A stretch of DNA of 64,000 nt, from positions 44,020,001 through 44,084,000 of the forward strand of contig NC_083286.1 in the NCBI RefSeq assembly GCF_963506605.1, in the 5' to 3' direction. This document shows positions 55,277 through 64,000 of the stretch, piece after piece. Each line of letters opens with the position of its first letter. The first letter of the stretch is position 1. A program made the translations under genes and the position numbers. The notes beneath the pieces are model-generated. The model saw only the letters and a list, made by a program, of their open reading frames with translations, ran no database searches and was not told the DNA's origin. The stretch is from Zootoca vivipara. Taxonomy: Eukaryota.

Positions 55277-56570
55277 TAGAGGGAGTGAATGCAGATTAAA
55301 CCCTTTGAATTCAGGAAGGTTATGAAGACAACATAGCACATCTGTTGGGTATATTTTCTCTTTCTTCCTAGAGGATTGTGGCAACAGGATACAGTAACTC
55401 CTCCAAAAGCTTTCGACAGCACTCACTGCTACATTGCCAAGAAGGATGGTCTATGTCCTGATTTGCTATTTTACTCACACTTCCACAGCATTTTGATTGT
55501 TCATTGGTTAATGGTTCACAGAAAAAATGTTTAAGCTAATGCTTGTGTTTTGGGGTGACAGTGGTTGATACGAAATGACTGGTTGTGGTCTTGATTGATG
55601 CTGCAGCCGTTGGCAAATGCATGCATGAACTCATTATGCTGTTCCTATGCAGTCACAGAGCGCATGGATGTCTATTTGGCACAAAAAGAAACATGGTAGG
55701 ACCTACATTGGGATATTTCCAACTGTATTTTATGTGCCACTGGAACATGCACAACGGTACTTCTTCTCCTTCCCCAGAAAGCTCTCCATGTCCCCTAATC
55801 TGCTCTGTAATGTTGGAGGGGCTCTCTGGAGCAGATTTGGGAGCTGAAGGGGCTGCAGGGGGAAGAGAAGAAAGGGAAGCTCCATTGCACAAGTATAATA
55901 CTGCCCATGTGATGTTCAGTACAACCAAATGGCTTCTTCATGATTGCTTGTATGCAGTGACCATACTTAATATTGCATATGCTGGTGCATGGCAGGAAGG
56001 AGAGTGGACCTGGACGCTCCCCAGAGCAGTAGGGAAAGATGTCATACAGGTATTGATGTTCTTGAGATAGTACTTTTGGCGGTCTCCTACGTCAACATGA
56101 TAATAACTTCTTCTGTGGGGGGGGGTAAAGAGAGCAATCTTGCAGCAACTTCTCTTTGGGTTTGATTATACTTAGGATTAATGACAAATAAATGTTTTCT
56201 ATGCCTTAGGAGAGACTAGGTGCACAAATATTCAATTAGCATAATATTACTTTGCATGGAAATAGCTTTAATCTTTGAATGCCTTCATTTTTATTAAACC
56301 TCAGAGATAGGCTCGCCATTTCCTGTCAAGTCTCCTATCCATTTGTGTTTATGAGTTTCAATAGCTTCTAAATAAGAGAATGGAGCAATATAACTTATCT
56401 AGCACATGCAAGCACCAAACCGCCCAATTTTGATAATGAATCTGATAAGTGTATGTTTAATTTTTAAACATCGCACAGTATTAGCCTTCCTTAGAGCATA
56501 ATCTCCTACACGGTGCCCATTCTAGTTTTGACCCCATCATCTCCCCTGCTGAATTCTACAAGGGCAACAC

Positions 56571-57515
56571 TGAGGCTGCGGGGGGGAAGAAACTGATAGG
56601 CAGTCAAGGAGCTGCCAGGCGAATACAAGTCATCCATGGAGCAGGAAAGAACTTGAGACATGGAATGCAATTAGCTTTGATTCACAGAAAGTAAACAACA
56701 CAGCAGAGTCTGTGTGGCTCATCTCACCTAGCTGAAGACGTTGCTGGAACTGACCACTGACTCCGCCTTCCGCCTCCAGCCTCTCACTCCTGATCCCTCC
56801 CAAGCAGACGTAGACTGTGGCGAGGGGGTGGACTTCTTCTCTGCGCCTGTCCTGCTTGGCCCGTTGCTCAGCAATGTGCAGGACTCTCCTTGAGCGGGGG
56901 TGTCAGAGGGGGAGGAGAGCCAGCAGGACTGGGAGTGTCCAACTCCTGAGCAGCAGGGGCAACCTCTGACTCCTCCCTGTCTGAGTCTGCACTCACACTG
57001 AGACTCTCTGCCTCCAACCCTGCCCTGGAAGGGCCTCCTTCTTCTGACGCCCCCTCCCTCCCTGATCGCTCAGGCCTCCTGCACCTAGCATCCCCCAGCT
57101 TGTCCCTTCTGCAAACTGGTCCCCTGTGTCCCACCATCACTGTCCTGGGTCTAGGTCGTCTTCTTCTGTGTCATCCCAGTGTGATGACACAGTGAGAGCC
57201 AGTGTGGTGTAGTGGTTAAGAGCGGTAGACTCGTAATCTGGGGAACTGGGTTCGCGTCTCTGCTCCTCCACATGCAGCTGCTGGGTGACCTTGGGCTAGT
57301 CACACTTCTTTGAAGTCTCTCAGCCCCACTCACCTCACAGAGTGTTTGTTGTGGGGGAGGAGGGGAAAGGAGATTGTTAGCTGCTTTGAGACTCCTTCGG
57401 GTAGTGATAAAGCGGGATATCAAATCCAAACTCTTCTTCTTCATCATCATCATCCCTGGGGGGCTCTTGGGCCGGCAGTGCCCACTACTTTTCCTCATGC
57501 AGCCAGTCCCTGACA
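56571..57515 (-). mobile_element. GC-rich LTR-like repeat (TG...CA on the minus strand) containing a nested SINE
   Basis: Minus strand begins tgtcagggactgg and ends gcagcctca; acidic/Pro-rich low-complexity ORF; no TSD confirmed. Confidence 0.5.
57193..57454 (+). mobile_element. Squam3 SINE, near full length
   Basis: gagccagtgtggtgtagtggttaagagc head, gggtgaccttgggctagtcac core, cctcacagagtgtttgttgtg, (TTC)n/(TCA)n tail. Confidence 0.85.
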
Positions 57516-58829
57516 GCCACCCTCTGAGCTGGTTGTAAGGAAGAAGGCAGATAGGTGAGGCCAGCTACGTTTAGTGGGACAGCACCCCATTTGCTCTAAT
57601 AGACCAGCTTCTCCTGCCCAGGATTCTGAGTGTCTTCACCACTAGAGATGTCAAATTAGCATAGTGCAGGTAGTACAATAAGCACAGCTTGTCTTGGTCA
57701 CCATAGTGACTGTTTAGGAATGGATCAATCTGTTTTTACCTTGTATGCATTTGGACTCTGCATAGTAATGTCAGACATTGGGTTTTTTAGCCCATTTACA
57801 AATTTCACTGTGCTTCCTTCTCTCAATTTGTGTGTTTATTCGTACAGCGCCATCTATGAAGATGGCACTTTGCAAATACCGGTAATAGCAATGACAGGTC
57901 GCTACCCTGAGGGGATTACAATCTAAAAATAGGCACAAAGGAAACCTGAGGGAAAGGAGAGGGCCATAGAGGCCGGAATAAACAAAGGGAGGATAAGCCA
58001 TTATTTCAGTTACATATACTTCAGTTAGTTATACCTAAAGTATTGAAATATACATGTACACGGGGGGGAGTGTCTTCCTTTGACAGCTTTGTATCTGATG
58101 GAAGTGCATTCTAGTGCATGGGCTGCAATATATGCTGCAATATATTTGTTTGCTTTGTAAGTCTTTTTTTATGGGTTTTTTTGCGATAAAGAGCCATTTT
58201 CCATTTACTTCCTGCTAGTTGAAATGCCCAGCGTAAGTATATGACCCTATGCTTCTGCATTTAATAACTAAAAGACACGTAACTATAGCAATGTTGATTT
58301 GGAATTCAGCAGAACAGCAATCTTGCCAGCAGGTCAACCCTATTTCCCCCCCACCCACAAGTATAGAGTGCTTTCGGATAAATACTGCAATTGTTTCATT
58401 TTGTTCCCCGCTGTGTCATTTGCTGCTGAATCCCCTCATTGCTTCTAGATGTGACATGCAGTCATATGTATTCTTCACCTGACTATTTTTTTAAAAAAAC
58501 TAAAGCAGCCTTGGGGAGGGTGGTTGCTAATCCTTTCCCCATAGCTATTTTTCTGTTGAAAATCACCCCACTTTCTCTCTCTCCCTCTCCCCCTCCCCCG
58601 CCAGCTTCTCCCCATATAGGGGGAAGCAGATGAAGAAAAAGAGACTCTTATAGCAGAAAATCCAACAAAGCAGGTTTTATGTTCTACAGTCTGCATACAT
58701 GACTACAGTCTGCATGCAGCGTAGGTCTATCTTTCCCATATCCTGGACCCAAACTGTTTGGGGCTTTGAAACATAGGAAGGGACCTAGGAAGCTGCCTCA
58801 AACCAAGCCAGACCGTTTCCTTCCTTGCT

Positions 58830-59090
58830 TGCTTTTTTATTTTTTAAAGAACTTCTTCATTGATACTTATTCGCAGCTATACAAAAAGACAAACCCATTA
58901 CAAAATATCCCTTTTATAATAGACTAAGATAACCAGCTACTTAGTCGGAAAAAAAACAAAGTCAGAAAGAAGAAAAAGGCAAGAAAAGGAGGAAGCCATC
59001 CCCCCACACACACACACACAAAAGAGAGAAAGCGGGAGAGAAAAGGGAGAGAAAGGAAAAAACTAAAGAAAAACCAAAATGAGTAAAAGG
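58830..59090 (-). mobile_element. Probable LINE 3'UTR fragment inserted in a Squam2-like SINE
   Basis: T-run at the left end, purine-rich body; the flanks reassemble into the SINE seen at 21708. Confidence 0.45.
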
Positions 59091-60201
59091 GCCATTTGTT
59101 GATCTAGCTTCATATTGCCCACATGGACTGGCAGCAGCTCTCCAGAGTTTCTGGCAGGGGACATTTCCAGCTGTAGTTGGAGATGCTGGGGATTGAATCG
59201 GGGACCTCCCACATACAGAGCAGGTTTTCTGCCACTGCTCTACAGCCCTTCTCCGTTATCGGCAGGATAACTACCACCTTGGACTGGACTTGTAAGCAGG
59301 TGGAAAGCCAGTGCAATTGTTAAAATACTGGTGCCATGAAGTCAGAATATGGGGCTGTTGCATTCAGTACCAAGGAATTCAGACACTTTCAAAGAGCAGT
59401 GCCATGTAATGTGTGTTGGAGTAAGCTAATCTCGAAACGACAAGCCCTTATCTACTCAAGAGCAAAGCCGGGCCAAAGAGCCTTACAAGAGAGCAAACCT
59501 GTTCCTTCAGGAGAAGGACAATATTTTGAGCATCCCCACCCAGTTGGGCCTTCCTTTTTACCACCAGTATTTCCATCGCACATAAAACGCTTGTTGGATG
59601 TTGCGGATTGCAGGGTTTTTTTTTATCTGAATACATCTGCATGCACCTTTCCAATCTAGCAAAGATGTCTGGTTTCTGAGCACATGATTCCATTGCAGGA
59701 TCAAGGGCCAGTGTATTGCAAAAGTCCACAGTGTTTCCTTATCCATACAGAAATACATAGCTAAATGATAAAGGAAGAATTAGCTATGTCTTTTAATCCA
59801 TGAATGTAGCCTGCCCCCAGCCACAAGTCCCAATAGGCATCTCCTCTTCTCTAATCTTGGGCCATGCTATAAAAGGAACAAACCTCTTGTGCTGTACACT
59901 TTCATTTTTATTTTAAAGGGATTATACAGTTGTTCAAGCCTTTACTATAAGTGACTTGCTAGTTGATGGTAACCCTTCTCCTATCCAGACTTGCTAATTG
60001 ATGATCATCCGATCTTTTCAAAGTTCAATGTATGTCTTTACAAAGGCTACCTAATTGCAGCTGCTTACACTAGACAGGGTGGTATGTATTGAGTTTCCCG
60101 ACAACAACGGCTAATTTCTGGTTAGCTTAAAATGAATGCTAATCTATCGCAATGTTTACTAAGTTACATCCTATTGCAGGAAGCAACCTGTTGGCAAAAC
60201 T

Positions 60202-60674
60202 GTTGTTGTTGTTTAGTCGTTTAGTCGTGTCCGACTCTTCGTGACCCCATGGACCATAGCACGCCAGGCACTCCTGTCTCGCACTGCCTCCCGCAGTTTG
60301 GTCAAACTCATGTTCGTAGCTTCGAGAACACTGTCCAACCATCTTGTCCTCTGTCGTCCCCTTCTCCTAGTGCCCTCAATCTTTCCCAACATCAGGGTCT
60401 TTTCCAAGGATTCTTCTCTTCTCATGAGGTGGCCAAAGTATTGGAGCCTCAGCTTCACGATCTGTCCTTCCAGGGAGCACTCAGGGCTGATTTCCTTAAG
60501 AATGGATAGGTTTGATCTTCTTGCAGTCCATGGGACTCTCAAGAGTCTCCTCCAGCACCATAATTCAAAAGCATCAATTCTTCGGCGATCAGCCTTCTTT
60601 ATGGTCCAACTCTCACTTCCATACATCACTACTGGGAAAACCATAGCTTTAACTATACGGACCTTTGTCGGCAA
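60202..60674 (-). mobile_element. RTE-BovB 5'-truncated copy, young
   Basis: Open frame LPTKVRIVKAMVFPVVMYGSESWTIKKADRRRIDAFELWCWRRLLRVPWTARRSN...TRLND; (CAA)n tail; TSD tgttggcaaaact / tgtcggcaaaact. Confidence 0.96.
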
Positions 60675-60983
60675 AACTACCAGGTGAAATTTCAGACTTG
60701 GCTGGCAATTAGGCATGGCATTAATGTCTTTCTTGAATCCCATGATTCAGAACTGCATCAAATCCTCCACTTTGGATTTTTTAAAAGCCTGGTCGGTGCA
60801 GGAAAATAGAAAACCGAATCAGACCACATTAAGCCCCTGATGCTGTTGAGGTCACTGCGGGAACTTGCTTCCCCTGTGAAATGCCTGCCTTCCTCCAAAC
60901 AAATGTGAACACTGCCATGAAAATGATATTTTCCATTGTACCTGGAACTTCTCACAGTCTTCACTGCATGCAGTACACTAGAG

Positions 60984-61326
60984 CAGGGGTGGCGAACCTC
61001 TGCTCAGAAGTCAAATGTGGCCTTTCATTCCTCTCACCTGCCCTTGGCACATTCCCACATGGCACTCTAGGCCTGACCTGTACCTTCAAGGATTCCCCCC
61101 CCCTATGAACTGTGATAATACCTTTCTTCGTTTGAGAGATGTAGGTATGTGGAAACCTCTGGCCTTTGCATGGCTAGAATGCAGCCTGCTGTTCAAAGCT
61201 AAGATTCACACCCATTGCTCTGCCTGCCTTGGCCTCTGGCCTCACTCTCCACTGGCACGCAGCCCCCGGAAAAGTTGCCTGCGAGGAAATGCAACAACCT
61301 CAGGCTGAAAAAGTTCCCCATCCCAG
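60984..61326. mobile_element. Decayed hAT MITE
   Basis: caggggtggcgaacct ... aagttccccatcccag; relatives at ~11722-12170 and ~20990-21315. Confidence 0.55.
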
Positions 61327-61370
61327 TGTTAGAGGCAGAGAGCAGGAGACAGACAGAATCACCGTCTAAG

Positions 61371-61801
61371 TGTTAGGATTTTCTGTACCCGCTGCTGGCT
61401 AGTGTGAAGCTAGTGTGATTAGTATAAATCACATGAGATGTCTGAGAAGAGTGTGGGAATGGAAGACTTCTTCATGTCTTATCTCTTCCGTCTGAGCGTG
61501 GTATTGTACTTTACTTTCACTTTTGTTGTATGCAACTGGCTTGTTCTGCCAGAGTTTGGCGAACACAGACGTGATTGTGGATTCTCTGTATAGACTGTAA
61601 ATAAAACGTAGCTTAGACCTACGGATGTTTCTTTCTTCTTGCTGCGTGATGCCAGAAGACTTGTGTGCACTTTCCATAAGAGAAGTGTCGCAGAAAGGCA
61701 TACCCCTGGAGTGAAGGGGCATGCCATTCCAGAGACGTGCCTATTAGGAGACGCTCGGAGGATCTGGGGGTCTGCCGTCCCCCCAGGAGCGTTTTCTAAC
61801 A
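61371..61801 (+). mobile_element. Solo LTR (431 bp)
   Basis: tgttag...ctaaca inverted termini; perfect 5-bp TSD ctaag; TATAAA at ~61423; AATAAA at 61600. Confidence 0.9.
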
Positions 61802-64000
61802 CTAAGTAGCAAGAAAGATACATGGGTGGGAGAGGGAATTTGGAGGTGTTTGTGTGTTGATAGATAGCAGCGGTGGCAGACCTTGGGGTCTAAAATTTCA
61901 GCAGTGCCCTGTGCAATGCCAAAATTCAGTGTGCCCCCACCTCTTGTGCTCCATTCCAAACAACAGTTGTGGCATCCACAAGGCTCTGCGCCCTCCCCTA
62001 AATCCACATCTGATAGCAGAGGGGCAGGAGTTCTCAATTTCCATTAAAAATCTGAGCCAGAGCAGAACTTTTAGAGCCTCAATTCTCATCTCATATTTAA
62101 GGCAAGTATTCCAAGCCACAAACATTCTTATTTACACAATAAGAAAAATGAAACTGTGCAACATCTGTAATTTCAGAAGCCACCCTGGACACAGACCACT
62201 ATTCATTGTCCAGTAACTTGATTTGCAACCCAACTATTGTTAATTGTTTTTAAGATGTTATCCTCTGTATTATTTTAAAGGATCCTTACACACAAGTTTG
62301 AGGAACACTTTTTTTTTTTACAGTGCAGTTGAGGTAGACACATTAAGCAGATAAGAATTCCTTTTGGATAAATAATGGAGTTAAGAAGTAAAAGAGCAGA
62401 AGTACAACGTTTGAATGACCCTTTGCATCAGTGATACCTTCCGTCTTAATAGACATCATAATGACCTTCCATTAAATATTTCCCTTTACATCGCATCTTG
62501 ATGCATGCATGGCTCACTGAGAAGGCTGTGTGATTAATTTTAAACAACGATGCATGTAAATTGCTTCCCCTTCTTTACAGCTAATTTAAATGGTGTGCTG
62601 TTTTAGAGTTCATTCATTATGAGCTTTCAATTTCATCCCCTCACACCAGTGCACACACTCTGGATAACGCAAGTATTTAAGAAGAACTTGTTCCTGGTCA
62701 GTTCCTAACCTTCTACTTTCTATGGGTGGGCAAATGGATACTTGGGGTCATTGATCCTACATCTGTACTTAATGAAGTTTAGCTCCTGCTGCTTGTTCAA
62801 TTCCTAATGACAGTTCCATATGAGGGGGTATACTTAAATTAACACCAGAGCAGTGAGCAGTTTGGTGTTGTTGTTTTTAAAAAGAGCCAGAATGCTATAC
62901 AGTAGTTTCAAGTACTTTTTTGTACATACACATCAGGGGCAAGAATGTTCACACAAGCTGTGTGCACCCATCACATCAGATTTCAACTTTACCAACAGTG
63001 CAATCCTATACAAGCAGTGGTCAGGCCTAAGCAGGTCTAAAAAAATAAATAAAAAGTAGTAAGCCTATTTTGCAAGATTTAGGGATTTGGGGAGAAGAGG
63101 AGATGAATTGACATTGACAAAGCTAAACTAGTGTAAAATCTAGTGTAGATTGCTGAAATTGTATACTGTGATTTTGGAACATTTTCCATACAAAAAGACA
63201 ATGGAGGCTGGTGCATTCTGCATGAATGGGCACTGTCCCACCAGCAAAATAATTCCCTCTCCCTTCAAAGGATTGGTTTGTGAATTATTACAGTTTTGCT
63301 TTTGTGGGTTGCTGACTAGGCAAAAGAGCCAAGTTTAAGCATTTTGCTGTTGCTTGCAGTATATCAGGGCACCAGCACTCCTCTTTTTGTATTATCTTTA
63401 ATGTTTTTATTGTGTTTGGATGGTTTCTGACAGTAATGTAGCCATACCGGTACAGGATATTGCCTTTCAGTCTGTTTAGGTTGCTAAAGACTTTGACCTA
63501 TCTTCTGGAGTTCTACCCTAGTTTAGAGGAGCAGCTGTCCGTGTTTTCTAGATCAGTACTGGAAAATTATGAACTGGGAAGCAGTGTTACATTGCATTAC
63601 GTACAAGAAAATCTCTTTTAATTGGGCTCTGTGTACTCTGAAGTCACCACATCATAATGCATAAGATTAGTGAAAACAAATTCAGCATTGGCTTGTTCTT
63701 TGTAATGCAATCTGCCATTCTGTGCTTCCTTTGCATACTTATGTATTTTTACACTTTGCCATACTGCAAAAATGGATTTGACGAAAGCTGTGACCCACCA
63801 TGTTAACTTTAAGCACATTGTATTTTGGCTGTGTGTTTCATTTTGTTTTTAAACCACTGCTCGGTCATATGAAACACATTGGACATCTTTGCTGCCTTTT
63901 CATGACCCCCCCAAATCTGCTGCCTGAGGTGGCCAGCTTACTCTGCCTAATGGTAGGGTTGGCCCTGGTGGCTCACCTCCATGAGGATAAAACAAGGACA

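Noticed and set aside
55585-56070. 161-aa + strand ORF after exon 6
   Set aside because: No similarity to HCN1 exon 7 (EICLLTKGRRTASVRA..., not seen in the window); composition looks like a decayed repeat.
56868-57140. Acidic/Pro-rich 90-aa minus-strand ORF
   Set aside because: Low-complexity frame inside an LTR-like repeat.

Overview
Vertebrate genomic DNA from a squamate, most likely a lacertid lizard (Sauria/Squam SINEs, BovB, CR1, L2, Penelope, hAT/Harbinger/Tigger MITEs). The window lies inside the HCN1 gene on the + strand. It contains four internal coding exons equivalent to human HCN1 exons 3-6 (162, 219, 147 and 241 bp), encoding S5, the pore loop/GYG filter, S6, the C-linker and the first half of the cyclic-nucleotide-binding domain. 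All splice sites are canonical AG/GT. The rest is intron, densely filled with nested transposable elements. Most notable: (1) short SINEs with three different tRNA heads (Lys, Ile, Asn) fused to the same ~65-nt CR1 3' tail, with the donor CR1 end also present; (2) a sense-strand Penelope fragment carrying a minimal hammerhead ribozyme with an altered catalytic core; (3) a young 90-bp hAT MITE family forming inverted pairs; (4) a MITE with tandem ETS plus YY1 motifs; (5) a sense solo LTR with TATA and poly(A) signals; (6) GYGARAP in the outer pore. TE family names come from motif recognition, not a database search, and boundaries without TSDs are approximate.
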